Assembly (NCBI GenBank): GCA_963821645.1
Contig: CAWGEQ010000039.1
Span: forward strand, 76,402-140,401
Direction of reading: 5' to 3'
Source of the DNA: an uncultured delta proteobacterium
Lineage (GTDB): Bacteria; Desulfobacterota; RBG-13-43-22
Length of the DNA: 64,000 bases
Below the pieces are notes generated by a model. That model saw nothing but the letters and a program-made list of their open reading frames with translations. It had not been told where the DNA came from and ran no database searches. Within the stretch, counting starts at the first letter, position 1, and each line of letters begins with the position of its first letter. Below are positions 50,247 through 62,490 of this stretch, in pieces. A program made the translations under genes and the position numbers.

Positions 50247-50333
50247 AAATGTCGAATATCGAATACGGAATGTCGAAGGAAGGGAAAAAAATAACTTCAT
50301 AATTCGAAATTCGATGTTCGATATTCAATATTC
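50247..50333. repeat. Inverted heptamer-array hairpin (AATATCG / TTCGATA type)
   Basis: aatgtcg-aatatcg-aatacgg-aatgtcg versus ttcgaaa-ttcgatg-ttcgata-ttcaata. Confidence 0.75.
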
Positions 50334-50425
50334 GTATTTTCATACCAAAGGACAGCAGGAAACGCACCCCGGCAAATAGGTTGACTTTTTTCATCCAGTG
50401 GCATAAAAACCCCCTATAGTCCTAA

Positions 50426-52410
<1,985 letters not shown>

Positions 52411-52473
52411 CTTTGATCAAAATGATAAGTATATTTAAGGGTTAAGAAAACCCATCTCACGCCTCAAGGAAAG

Positions 52474-52560
52474 GCGAGAGTGGCGGAATTGGTAGACGCA
52501 CTGGACTTAGGATCCAGCCCTGGAAACAGGGTGGGGGTTCAAATCCCCCCTCTCGCACCA
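52474..52560 (+). tRNA. tRNA-Leu(TAG)
   Basis: GCGAGAG/CTCTCGC acceptor stem, CTGGA-CTTAGGA-TCCAG anticodon arm, long variable arm, GTTCAAATC, 3' CCA; usual position before tig. Confidence 0.95.
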
Positions 52561-52589
52561 ATAAAATAAACGGATAAGGACAAATGATC

Positions 52590-53876
52590 ATGAAAGTACA
52601 AGTGGAAGAACTCTCTCCGATCAAGAAGAAACTGATCATTGAAGTGGAAGCGGAGCAGGCCTGGAATGAATGGGAATCGGTTGCTAAAACCTTTAACAAA
52701 AAAGCGAAGCTCAAAGGATTCAGGCCCGGGAAGATCCCGGTTACGGTCCTTACCAAGTTTTATGGTCCTCAAATTGAGGAGGATGCGGTTTCCAGGATAA
52801 TCAATCGGACCTACCCGGAAGCCCTGAAAGAGACGGGGGTCAGGCCGGTAGACTTGCCGGAATTGGATTATCCCGCCCTGGATAAAGAAACCCCTTTTAT
52901 CTATCGGGCTACGGTGGAGCAAAAACCTGAAATCCCTATTTCCGAATACAAGGGCCTGGAACTGAAAAAAACCGTGGTTACCATTACCGAAGAGGATGTT
53001 GAAAAAAGGTTGTCGGCCATCCAGATGAGCCACGGTGAGTTGGTCAGCCTTTCGACGGAGCGTCCTTTAAAAAACGGAGATTTTGCGGTCATTGATTATC
53101 AATCCTTCATGGATGGGGCGGAGGTGACGGGCGGGTCAGCCCAAAACTTTGACCTGGAATTAGGGGCCGGTTATTTCAACCCGGAGTTTGAAAAAGAATT
53201 GCCTGGGATGCAAAAAGGAGAAAACAAAGAATTTGACATCGACTTCCCGGAGGGCTATGGAAACGCCGCCCTGGCCGGGAAGAAGGTCCACTACCGCGTT
53301 ACCCTAAAAGAGATCAAGGAGAGGCATCTTCCCGAGCTCGACGATTCTTTTGCCCAAAGTCTGGGGAAAGAATTTTCTTCCCTGGAGGAAGTGAGAAAAA
53401 AAATCAGGGAAGATCTGCAAGTGGAGGAAACCCGAAAGGTGGATTTGAAATTGAAGGAAGACCTGGTCGACAGTCTGATTTCCAAAGCGGAATTTGAACT
53501 TCCTGAGGCCCTGATCAAAAGGGAGATGCAGCAGATGATGTTGCGTATCGAACAGGACTTGAGCCGTCAAGGACTCACCTTTGAAAAGGCCGGTCTCGAT
53601 CCTGCCCGGCTCATGGAGAGGTTCCGTACGCCGGCCGAAAAATTGGCCCGCAAGAAATTGATCCTGGAAAAAATCGCCGAACTGGAATCCCTGACCATAA
53701 GCCCCGAAGAAATCGACCAGGAACTCGAAAAGATTGCCCGCAATGTCAACCAGTCGGTAACCCTTGTTCGAGAAATTTACAATAATAACAATTTAATGCC
53801 TGAAATGAGCCAGCAGCTTCTGGAGGAAAAGACATTGAATTTCCTTAAGGAGCATGCTACCATACAATCATCATGA
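52590..53876 (+). CDS. tig: Trigger factor
   Basis: GFRPGKIP signature, FKBP domain, synteny with clpPX. Confidence 0.96.
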   Translation: MKVQVEELSPIKKKLIIEVEAEQAWNEWESVAKTFNKKAKLKGFRPGKIPVTVLTKFYGPQIEEDAVSRIINRTYPEALKETGVRPVDLPELDYPALDKETPFIYRATVEQKPEIPISEYKGLELKKTVVTITEEDVEKRLSAIQMSHGELVSLSTERPLKNGDFAVIDYQSFMDGAEVTGGSAQNFDLELGAGYFNPEFEKELPGMQKGENKEFDIDFPEGYGNAALAGKKVHYRVTLKEIKERHLPELDDSFAQSLGKEFSSLEEVRKKIREDLQVEETRKVDLKLKEDLVDSLISKAEFELPEALIKREMQQMMLRIEQDLSRQGLTFEKAGLDPARLMERFRTPAEKLARKKLILEKIAELESLTISPEEIDQELEKIARNVNQSVTLVREIYNNNNLMPEMSQQLLEEKTLNFLKEHATIQSS

Positions 53877-53893
53877 ACAAAAGGAAGACCAAT

Positions 53894-54499
53894 ATGACTT
53901 TAATACCAATCGTTGTCGAACAAGACAGCCGCGGCGAACGGGCCTATGATATCTATTCCCGCCTGTTGAAAGACCGGATCATATTTTTGGGGGCCCCTAT
54001 CGACGATTATGTGGCCAACCTGATGATCGCTCAACTCCTTTTTCTGGAAGCCGAGGATCCGGATAAGGATATCCACATGTACATCAATTCTCCCGGCGGT
54101 GTCGTTACCTCCGGGATGGCCATCTATGACACCATGGAGTATATAAAACCCAACATCTCCACCCTCTGCCTGGGGCAGGCCTCCAGCATGGCCGCCCTGC
54201 TCTTGGCGGCCGGGGCCAAGGGAATGCGTTATGCCCTGCCCCACTCCCGGATCCTCATCCATCAACCCCTGGGCGGCGTTCAAGGACAGGCCACCGACGT
54301 GGGGATCCAGGCCCGGGAAATCTTGCGGATCAAGGAAGAATTGAATCAGGTTCTGGTTGATCATACCGGACAGCCCTTTGAGAAGGTCGAGAAGGACACG
54401 GACCGGGATTTTTTTATGACCGGTCAGCAAGCCAAAGACTATGGGATTGTGGATAAGGTGATTTCCAAGAGAGAAGAAATTGCCGGTCAACCCAAATAA
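53894..54499 (+). CDS. clpP: Clp protease proteolytic subunit
   Basis: [19 protein letters not shown] and IHQP motifs. Confidence 0.98.
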   Translation: MTLIPIVVEQDSRGERAYDIYSRLLKDRIIFLGAPIDDYVANLMIAQLLFLEAEDPDKDIHMYINSPGGVVTSGMAIYDTMEYIKPNISTLCLGQASSMAALLLAAGAKGMRYALPHSRILIHQPLGGVQGQATDVGIQAREILRIKEELNQVLVDHTGQPFEKVEKDTDRDFFMTGQQAKDYGIVDKVISKREEIAGQPK

Positions 54500-54523
54500 A
54501 CCTTTAACAGAAGGAAGCAACAG

Positions 54524-55783
54524 ATGAACAAAAGAGGAGACGGCAAAGGGAAGGGAAGCGACTTATTATGTTCCTTTTGCGGGAAGAGTCAGGATGAAGT
54601 CAAAAAATTGATTGCCGGGCCATCGGTCTATATATGTGACGAATGCATTGGATTATGCAACGAGATTATCGCCGAAGAATATGAAAAAGAGGAGGCCCAT
54701 CTCGGTGAGAAGAGCCCTAGGCCGGCCGATATCAAGGCCACCTTGGATGAGTATGTGATCGAACAGGAAAAGGCCAAAAAAATCCTTTCCGTGGCCGTTC
54801 ACAACCACTTCAAGCGGTTAGATAATAAGATCGATATGCAGGGGGTGGAATTGCAGAAAAGCAATATCCTCTTGATCGGTCCTACGGGGTCGGGGAAAAC
54901 CCTGTTGGCCCAAACGCTGGCCAAAATCTTGAAAGTCCCCTTTACCATCGCCGATGCCACGACCTTAACCGAGGCCGGGTACGTAGGCGAGGATGTGGAA
55001 AATATCATTCTCAATCTCCTCCAGGCGTCCGATTACGATGTGGAACGGGCCTGCCGGGGGATCGTTTACATCGATGAAATAGATAAGATCGCCCGTAAGT
55101 CGGAAAACCCTTCCATTACCAGGGATGTCTCCGGCGAAGGGGTCCAACAGGCCCTGCTGAAAATCATCGAAGGGACCATGGCCAGTGTCCCTCCCAAAGG
55201 GGGCCGCAAACACCCGCAACAGGAATTTGTCAAGGTGGATACGACCAATATTCTCTTTATCTGTGGCGGGGCCTTTAACGGACTGGATAAAATCGTTCAG
55301 AGCCGAAGCGGGGCCAAGGTCATGGGTTTTGGGGCTGATATTCGGAAGCAGTCGGAGAAAAAACGATTGGGGGAAATCTTAGACGAGGTCCAGCCTCAGG
55401 ACCTCCTGCGCTTTGGGTTGATCCCTGAATTTATCGGACGTCTGCCGGTCATTGCCACCTTGGATGAATTAAGCGAGGTGGCCATGGTTCGTATCCTGAC
55501 TGAGCCGAGAAATGCCATCGTCCGCCAATACCAGAAACTGTTTGAAATGCAGGGGGTGGAGCTGAAATTTACCGATGGGGCCATAAAGGCCGTAGCTCGT
55601 GAGGCCCTGAAGCGAAAATCCGGTGCCCGGGGACTTCGTTCCATTTTGGAAAAGGCCATGCTGGACATCATGTTTGAGATCCCTTCCATGAAAAACGTTC
55701 GGGAATGCGTGGTTAGTGAAGAGGTTATTCTTAATAATGAAAGCCCCATCCTTCTTTTTGAGAATCAGGCCGAATCGGCTTGA
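54524..55783 (+). CDS. clpX: ClpX ATPase
   Basis: CSFCGK zinc finger, GPTGSGKT and [10 protein letters not shown]. Confidence 0.98.
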   Translation: MNKRGDGKGKGSDLLCSFCGKSQDEVKKLIAGPSVYICDECIGLCNEIIAEEYEKEEAHLGEKSPRPADIKATLDEYVIEQEKAKKILSVAVHNHFKRLDNKIDMQGVELQKSNILLIGPTGSGKTLLAQTLAKILKVPFTIADATTLTEAGYVGEDVENIILNLLQASDYDVERACRGIVYIDEIDKIARKSENPSITRDVSGEGVQQALLKIIEGTMASVPPKGGRKHPQQEFVKVDTTNILFICGGAFNGLDKIVQSRSGAKVMGFGADIRKQSEKKRLGEILDEVQPQDLLRFGLIPEFIGRLPVIATLDELSEVAMVRILTEPRNAIVRQYQKLFEMQGVELKFTDGAIKAVAREALKRKSGARGLRSILEKAMLDIMFEIPSMKNVRECVVSEEVILNNESPILLFENQAESA

Positions 55784-55794
55784 TTCTGGCTGTG

Positions 55795-55853
55795 GGATAC
55801 CAGATACTGGATATTCGATGAAATGTTTTATCCAGCATCCAGTATCCAGCATC
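55795..55853. repeat. Inverted heptamer-array hairpin
   Basis: gatacca-gatactg-gatattc versus tccagca-tccagta-tccagca. Confidence 0.72.
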
Positions 55854-56004
55854 GCTTTGTCAGAGGCCAATCTTTTCATTAAAGAATCAACGAATTAAAC
55901 CGAGAATAGAAAACAGGCACAAAGTCCTCTCCATTTTCTAAAGAAGATGCCAAGGGATAGAGTCCTTTTGAGAACATCACTATAAAAAAAAGAAAGTTAA
56001 AGAA

Positions 56005-58452
56005 ATGGCTGTATTTTCAAATTACGACGAACATGGGGAAGACGGGGGTCTGAAACAAATCGTCCCCATACTCCCCCTGAGAGATATTGTTGTTTTCCCG
56101 GGAATGGTAGCCCCTTTATTTGTGGGACGGGAAAAATCAATTCAAGCCCTCGAATATGCGATGTCCTTGGAAAAGGATATCCTTTTATTAACCCAACGGG
56201 TAGCCAAGGTGGATGAGCCAACGGAGCGGGACCTCTACCAAGTGGGAACCGCCGGCAGTATCCTGCAGATGCTCCGCCTGCCGGACGGCACCGTCAAGGT
56301 TTTGATCGAAGGCCGATATCGGGCCAGGGTTCATCGGCACCTTCCCAACCGAACTTTTTTTCTGGTCGAAGTGGAAAAGATCGAGGACGTCATCCCCAGC
56401 AAATCCGAGCAGGAAGCCTTGGTTCGGACGGTCAAGCAGACCTTTGAGGGTTATCAGAAACTGAACAAAAAGATTCCCCAGGAATTGGTCCATACCATCA
56501 CTTCCATGGATGACCCCGCCCGTTTAGTGGATTCCATCGCCCCTCATTTGGGCACCAAGATCGAGCAGAAGCAGGAGCTTTTGGAGCTTACCCTGGTGAA
56601 TCGGAGGCTGGAAAAGCTCTATGAATTCATGCGCGGGGAGATGGAAATCCTGGAGATTGAACAGCGCATCAAAGGCCGGGTCAAAAAGCAGATGGAAAAG
56701 ACCCAGAGGGATTACTACCTCAATGAACAGATCCGGGCCATTCAAAAAGAGATGGGTGAGCAGGATGATTTCAAAAGCGAGATCCAGGAATTAGAAAAAA
56801 AGATCAAACAGAAACGGATGTCCAAAGAGGCTACCACCAAAATTCGGGCGGAATTAAAAAAGCTGAAAATGATGTCCCCCATGTCCGCTGAGGCCACGGT
56901 AGTCCGAAACTATATCGACTGGCTGATCGCCCTCCCCTGGTATAATCGAACCAAAGACAAGTTGGACATCGATGCCGCGGAAAAGATCCTCAATGAAGAC
57001 CATTATGGCCTGGAAAAGCCCAAGGAGCGGATCTTGGAATACTTGGCCGTCCAGAGTCTGGTCAAGAAATTAAAAGGGCCGATCCTTTGTCTTGTCGGTC
57101 CTCCGGGTGTGGGTAAGACCTCCCTGGCCAAGTCGATTGCCCGGGCCACGGGTCGCAATTTTATCCGGGTTTCCCTTGGGGGAGTCCGGGATGAGGCCGA
57201 GATCCGTGGGCATCGCCGGACCTACATCGGGGCCTTGCCGGGCAAGATTATCCAGTCCTTGAGAAAGGCCAAATCCAATAATCCGGTCTTCTGCCTGGAT
57301 GAAGTCGACAAGATGAGTACCGATTTCCGGGGAGATCCCTCAGCGGCCCTGCTGGAGGTCCTTGATCCCGAACAGAACTTTGCCTTTAACGACCATTACC
57401 TGGATGTGGATTACGATCTGTCGGAAGTCTTTTTTATTACTACGGCCAATACCCTTTATTCCATTCCTTTGGCCTTGCAGGACCGCATGGAGATCCTTCG
57501 ACTTCCGGGATATACCGAACCGGAAAAACTCCAGATCGCCCGGCAGTTCCTGATCAAGAAACAGCAGGAAGCCAACGGACTTACCCCGGAGAATATCCAC
57601 TTTACCGACAATGCCTTATTGACCATCATCCGCCGCTATACCCGTGAATCGGGGGTCCGTAACCTGGAGCGGGAAATCGCCACCTTATGCCGTAAAGTGG
57701 CCAAGGAGGTCGTCAAGAAAGGCAAAGAGACCCATATCGAAATTAATACCAATGCGGTCCAAAAATATTTAGGGGTGCCTAAATTCCGCTATGGCGAGAC
57801 CGAAGAAAAAGATGAAGTGGGGATCACCACCGGATTGGCCTGGACCGAGGTGGGCGGGGAATTGCTCCTCACGGAAGTGGTCCTGATGCCGGGAAAAGGC
57901 CAGTTGATCATCACCGGGAAATTGGGTGATGTGATGCAGGAATCGGCTCAGGCCGCCTTAAGTTATGTGCGCTCCCGGGCCGAACGACTGGGCCTGCCGA
58001 TCAATTTTTACCAGAAAATGGATATTCATATCCATATCCCTGAAGGGGCCATTCCCAAGGACGGACCTTCGGCCGGTATCACCATTGCCACCTCCATTGT
58101 TTCGGCCTTGCTTAGAAAGCCGGTCAAAAGAAAGGTAGCCATGACCGGCGAGATCACCCTCCGCGGACGGGTTTTGCCCATCGGCGGGCTTAAAGAGAAG
58201 ATCATTGCCGCCCATAGGGGCAAGGTCAAGACGGTGATCATCCCTAAAGAAAATGAAAAAGATTTGAAAGAGATCCCGGTTCGGATATTAAAGGCCCTGG
58301 AAATTATCTCCGTGGAACATATGGATGAAGTATTGAGGGCGGCTTTAGTGGTGGAAGATCCGGAAGGCTTATTCATAGAAAAGCCGGAAGATGGTGCGTT
58401 GCCCTTCTATCATGAAGAACCCCCGGTCCCTCAGGAAATTACCGCCCACTGA
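56005..58452 (+). CDS. lon: Lon protease
   Basis: GPPGVGKTS and PKDGPSAG motifs. Confidence 0.98.
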   Translation: MAVFSNYDEHGEDGGLKQIVPILPLRDIVVFPGMVAPLFVGREKSIQALEYAMSLEKDILLLTQRVAKVDEPTERDLYQVGTAGSILQMLRLPDGTVKVLIEGRYRARVHRHLPNRTFFLVEVEKIEDVIPSKSEQEALVRTVKQTFEGYQKLNKKIPQELVHTITSMDDPARLVDSIAPHLGTKIEQKQELLELTLVNRRLEKLYEFMRGEMEILEIEQRIKGRVKKQMEKTQRDYYLNEQIRAIQKEMGEQDDFKSEIQELEKKIKQKRMSKEATTKIRAELKKLKMMSPMSAEATVVRNYIDWLIALPWYNRTKDKLDIDAAEKILNEDHYGLEKPKERILEYLAVQSLVKKLKGPILCLVGPPGVGKTSLAKSIARATGRNFIRVSLGGVRDEAEIRGHRRTYIGALPGKIIQSLRKAKSNNPVFCLDEVDKMSTDFRGDPSAALLEVLDPEQNFAFNDHYLDVDYDLSEVFFITTANTLYSIPLALQDRMEILRLPGYTEPEKLQIARQFLIKKQQEANGLTPENIHFTDNALLTIIRRYTRESGVRNLEREIATLCRKVAKEVVKKGKETHIEINTNAVQKYLGVPKFRYGETEEKDEVGITTGLAWTEVGGELLLTEVVLMPGKGQLIITGKLGDVMQESAQAALSYVRSRAERLGLPINFYQKMDIHIHIPEGAIPKDGPSAGITIATSIVSALLRKPVKRKVAMTGEITLRGRVLPIGGLKEKIIAAHRGKVKTVIIPKENEKDLKEIPVRILKALEIISVEHMDEVLRAALVVEDPEGLFIEKPEDGALPFYHEEPPVPQEITAH

Positions 58453-58555
58453 TTGAGTAAAAATAAGGGTTTGATCCTCGATGTAACTGAGGCAAATTCC
58501 TTGACATCTTCTCCAAAGAAAAGGTAAGGTTATACTCCGATGGGAGTATAACCTT

Positions 58556-59263
58556 ATGAAAAAAACAATCGGGGTCAGTGCCGTCCTTCTGGTTTTATTT
58601 AGTCTGGCCCTTTACCTCCTCATTTACCACAGCGACATCTACCTCACCTTTTTAGACCGTAAACGTTTAGCCGCCTTTGTTAAATCCTACGGCAGTCTGT
58701 CACCGCTGATTTTTATTACCCTCCAGATCTTCCAGGTCCTCTTTGCCCCTATCCCCGGTGAGGTGACCGGGTTTTTAGGTGGATTCCTTTACGGGAATTT
58801 TTTCGGCATCCTTTATTCTACCATCGGCTTGGGGATCGGTTCCTGGCTGGCCTTTCTCTTCGCCCGCCTTGCCGGGCAACCCCTGGTGGAAAGGATCGTA
58901 AGTTACAAAACCATCCAGCGCTTTGACTTTGTCATGGCCCACCAGGGGACCTGGATCGCCTTTCTGCTTTTTCTGATCCCCGGATTTCCCAAAGATTATC
59001 TGTGTTACATTTTGGGACTGGGTCACATGGACATGAAGACCTTCTTGATCATTTCTTCTTGCGGTCGTTTATTAGGAACGATGATGCTGACCCTCCAGGG
59101 ATCCTTAGTGCGGGATAAAAATTATTTCGTCTTAGGGGTGGTCATCGGACTATCATTACTGGGAGTCTTGATAGCCTACCTGTTCAGAGGAAAATTGGAG
59201 GCCTATTTTGAAAGACACCATTTTAAAAGAAAGAGTCCGGGATCAAAACCTCACGAAAAATAA
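58556..59263 (+). CDS. TVP38/TMEM64 (DedA-like) membrane protein
   Basis: QVLFAPIPGE and FLIPGFPKD motifs. Confidence 0.85.
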   Translation: MKKTIGVSAVLLVLFSLALYLLIYHSDIYLTFLDRKRLAAFVKSYGSLSPLIFITLQIFQVLFAPIPGEVTGFLGGFLYGNFFGILYSTIGLGIGSWLAFLFARLAGQPLVERIVSYKTIQRFDFVMAHQGTWIAFLLFLIPGFPKDYLCYILGLGHMDMKTFLIISSCGRLLGTMMLTLQGSLVRDKNYFVLGVVIGLSLLGVLIAYLFRGKLEAYFERHHFKRKSPGSKPHEK

Positions 59264-59312
59264 ACCTGTCTTCACCTGAATCCTTGACCCTTTAAATCCT
59301 TTTCATGGTGAT

Positions 59313-60005
59313 CTATATTTTGGTCAGAAAAATTAAAATCCTTTCCTGTTCTAAAAAAGGCACGGTCACGTCGATCGGTGCCTCTATTCGAAATCCCCTT
59401 TCTTGAATCTTGACTTTCAGAAGGGAAATCTCCTGAAGCCCTTCCCGACCCTTCATCAATAACAGTTTCCCACCCTTGGCCAGATGGGGAGAACCTCCAT
59501 CTACAAGGTCTATCAGTTTTCCCACGGCCCGGGCCACGATGATCTCAAATCGTTCGGAGCCCAAGAGGTCCGGCGATTTTTTGCCTACGAAGCCCTGAAG
59601 CACTCGCGTGTCGCCCAGGTTTAAACGACGGACGACTTCTTTTAGAAAGCTGATTTTTTTATCCACAGCATCAATCAGGGTGATGGCTTGTCCCGGTCGC
59701 ACAATCTTGATCGGCAGTCCTGGAAACCCGGCCCCGGAACCCAGGTCCAGGATCCTGGCCTCTTCCGGCAGATAGGGTAACAAGGTGAGGGAATCTAAAA
59801 AATGCTTGACCATAATCTCTTTACAGGAACAGAGACTGGTCAGATTAAACACCCGATTCCATTTTCTCAACAGGGCGAGATAATCTATAAACTGTTCCAG
59901 TTGATAGGCTGACAGGGATATCCCTAAGGCCTTGGCCCCTTGCTCAAGAAACCCTTTCCCTTCCACAGGGTCAAGGTCTTCTATGGCGGTTGATTTTTCT
60001 CTCAT
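59313..60005 (-). CDS. rsmG: 16S rRNA m7G527 methyltransferase
   Basis: WNRVFNLT, HFLDSL and DLGSGAGFPG motifs. Confidence 0.95.
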   Translation of the reverse strand: MREKSTAIEDLDPVEGKGFLEQGAKALGISLSAYQLEQFIDYLALLRKWNRVFNLTSLCSCKEIMVKHFLDSLTLLPYLPEEARILDLGSGAGFPGLPIKIVRPGQAITLIDAVDKKISFLKEVVRRLNLGDTRVLQGFVGKKSPDLLGSERFEIIVARAVGKLIDLVDGGSPHLAKGGKLLLMKGREGLQEISLLKVKIQERGFRIEAPIDVTVPFLEQERILIFLTKI

Positions 60006-60039
60006 GGGAGACTCGGACAAAAGCTGAAATGTTAAAATG

Positions 60040-60196
60040 GATGAAATCATAAAAAGTCCGAAAGCACATTCTTTCGTCATTCCCGTGAAAACGGGAATCC
60101 AGCGTCTTTCATTAGTCCTGTGTGGCCTGGATTCCCGTCCCCGATCGGGTCGCGGACAGGCTCTGCGTGGGGATGACGACCATTTGCGAATTCATC
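60040..60196. repeat. Nested REP/REPIN-like element
   Basis: GTCATTCCCGTGAAAACGGGAATCCAG...CTGGATTCCCG[insert]...GGGGATGAC inside an outer IR GATGAAATC...GAATTCATC. Confidence 0.72.
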
Positions 60197-60238
60197 AACA
60201 TTGTTTTTAGCTGGCAGCCCGTATCCAGCATTCAGCCA

Positions 60239-61621
60239 TTATTTCCCAATGCAAAACCGGCTGAAGACCTGGTCCAGGACATCTTCGGTTGTGGTGGCTC
60301 CGATCAAAGAGCCGATCTCTTCAAGGGCTTTCTGAAGATCTAAGGCCATAAATTCAGGGGACACCCTCTGCTCGTTCAGTTGGAAAGCCCGGGTTAAGGA
60401 TTCCGCCATCTGTTCGAATATCTTCTTTTGCCTCAAGGTGGGAATAAGATCGGGCAATACCTCGGGGAAAGAATGGGCCATAAAGAGTTCATAGAGGTTT
60501 TCTTTAAGCGTTTCTATCCCCTGTCCATAACGGGCGGAAATGGGTAGGGCCACCTCCCCGGAGAATTTTTCCCGGACCTCTTCAACAGCAACTACCGAGG
60601 GAAGGTCCATTTTATTGAGCAAGACGATCGTCGGCTTCTCTCCGATTTCTTCAAAGATGCGCCGGTCTTCCTCTTCAAGTGGACGGGAGGTATCGATCAT
60701 AAAGAGAACCATCTGGGCCTCTTCTATTTTCCCATGGGTTCTGAGGATTCCGGCCTCTTCCACCTCATCCCTGGCCTGGCGGATTCCGGCTGTATCCACC
60801 AGCCGAAAGAGCAGACCCTTGAGAAAAATATTTTCTTCAATGGTATCCCGGGTCGTTCCGGGGACGGAAGTGACAATGGCCCGGTCTTCTTTCAACAATT
60901 GGTTCAGCAAACTGGATTTCCCGACATTCGGTTTACCCACCAGGACCAGGGAAATGCCTTCTCGAAAGGGCCGACCTTGTTCATAAGCCCGGATCAATTC
61001 CGATAAAGGCGTTAAGGCCTGATCCAGAAGGAGTCGATTCCATTCTTGGCGGTCTAAGATCTCCAATTCTTCTTCCGGAAAATCGATGGCTGCCTCTAAT
61101 TGGGCCAGCAAAGCCAGAAGGTCCTCCTGGATGGCCTCCAGTCGTTGCCGTAAGGCCCCCTGGAGAAGCTTGTTGGCCTGGACCAGTGCCTGGTCGGATT
61201 GGGCTTGAATAAGTTCGATAATTCCCTCCGCCTGGGTCAGGTCGATCCGTCCGTTTAAAAAGGCCCTCAGGGTAAACTCCCCTGGTTCAGCCAGCCGGGC
61301 GCCTCCTTCCAAAACAAATTCCAGGATTTTTTTTAATACCAGAGGCCCGCTGTGACAGTTGATTTCAATCACATCTTCCCGGGTATAGGTGTTTGGGCCT
61401 TTCATAATGGTCAACAGAACCTGATCAATAACCGTTCTCCGGACAGGATCGACGATGTTCTCCAGGGTCAGATGATGGGACCGGCGGTTTTTTAGGGGAG
61501 GGGAGGCGGGGAACAGGGGTTGGACAATGGCCGCGGCTTGAGGACCGCTGATCCGGATAATGCCGATCCCTCCCATCCCGACGGGAGTAGATATGGCGGC
61601 AATGGTGTCTTGGTCGGGCAT
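60239..61621 (-). CDS. mnmE: tRNA modification GTPase MnmE
   Basis: DTIAAIST, GKPNVGKSS, GTTRD, DTAG, NKMD and C-terminal FCIGK. Confidence 0.98.
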   Translation of the reverse strand: MPDQDTIAAISTPVGMGGIGIIRISGPQAAAIVQPLFPASPPLKNRRSHHLTLENIVDPVRRTVIDQVLLTIMKGPNTYTREDVIEINCHSGPLVLKKILEFVLEGGARLAEPGEFTLRAFLNGRIDLTQAEGIIELIQAQSDQALVQANKLLQGALRQRLEAIQEDLLALLAQLEAAIDFPEEELEILDRQEWNRLLLDQALTPLSELIRAYEQGRPFREGISLVLVGKPNVGKSSLLNQLLKEDRAIVTSVPGTTRDTIEENIFLKGLLFRLVDTAGIRQARDEVEEAGILRTHGKIEEAQMVLFMIDTSRPLEEEDRRIFEEIGEKPTIVLLNKMDLPSVVAVEEVREKFSGEVALPISARYGQGIETLKENLYELFMAHSFPEVLPDLIPTLRQKKIFEQMAESLTRAFQLNEQRVSPEFMALDLQKALEEIGSLIGATTTEDVLDQVFSRFCIGK

Positions 61622-61625
61622 GGCG

Positions 61626-61726
61626 CAAGGCTCAAGGTGCAAGGTCCACGGTGCACGGTTTAAGGTTCAAGCTTTAAGGCAGATATAAGGTTTTACCGTA
61701 TACCTTAAACCCTGTACCTTGAACCT
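61626..61726. repeat. Inverted heptamer-array hairpin (AAGGTTC type)
   Basis: caaggct-caaggtg-caaggtc-cacggtg-cacggtt-taaggtt versus accttaa-accctgt-accttga-acct. Confidence 0.75.
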
Positions 61727-61727
61727 T

Positions 61728-62468
61728 TTATTGCTCCGTGTCTGAAGGTGGTGTTGCGGGACGGTCTCTTTTAAACGCCGAAATGACCATTTTTTTTAAC
61801 TGGCCTTCTCCCCGACTGACGGTCTTGAGGGTTTTATCTTTTTCCAGGATCATATGGACGATACGGCGGTCATGGGCATTTAAAGGGCTTATGACTACGG
61901 GTTTCCCGGTGAGCTTGGATTTTTCCGCCATCTTCAAGGCCAATTCCTCCAGATATTGCTTCCGACGGATCCGGTAGTCTCCGCTATCCATGACCACCTT
62001 GATTTTATCTAAGCCCTTTCGATTCAAAATACGGGTGGAAATATACTGTAAGGCGTCCAGGGTTTGTCCCCTTCGCCCGATCAGTAACCCGCTCTTTTCC
62101 CCCTCGATTTTGATATGGAGGGTATCCTTTTCTTTTTCAACCGATACGGTCGCCTCTAATCCCATCAGGTTCAAGATATCCTGGGTCAGGGTTTTCGCTT
62201 GGGCGATCAGCTCCTCCTTAGACAGCGGAACAGGCATCGTCTCGGGTTCTTGGCTGCCCGGGGTTTCCACTTCGGGGATAAGTTCAACCGGCTCTTCTTT
62301 AACCGTGGCCCGTATCCTGGCCTTTTTGGAACCGACGATACCGAATATTCCGGTGGAACCGGTAGTCAGGACCTCGATCTCTAATCTTTCCTTGGATACA
62401 TTTAATTGGCTGCAGGCAGCCTCAATGGCCTCGTCGACGGACCTTCCTTCTATTTCAAGGGATGCCAT
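61728..62468 (-). CDS. jag: Jag/KhpB (EloR) RNA-binding protein
   Basis: Jag N-terminus, KH motif LIGRRGQTLDALQ, R3H motif RRIVH. Confidence 0.95.
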   Translation of the reverse strand: MASLEIEGRSVDEAIEAACSQLNVSKERLEIEVLTTGSTGIFGIVGSKKARIRATVKEEPVELIPEVETPGSQEPETMPVPLSKEELIAQAKTLTQDILNLMGLEATVSVEKEKDTLHIKIEGEKSGLLIGRRGQTLDALQYISTRILNRKGLDKIKVVMDSGDYRIRRKQYLEELALKMAEKSKLTGKPVVISPLNAHDRRIVHMILEKDKTLKTVSRGEGQLKKMVISAFKRDRPATPPSDTEQ

Positions 62469-62490
62469 GGGTCATCACCTCCGCATCGAT

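Noticed and set aside
52474-52560. tRNA as an integration site for an island
   Set aside because: It is flanked by housekeeping genes, and no duplicated tRNA 3' end or integrase was seen.
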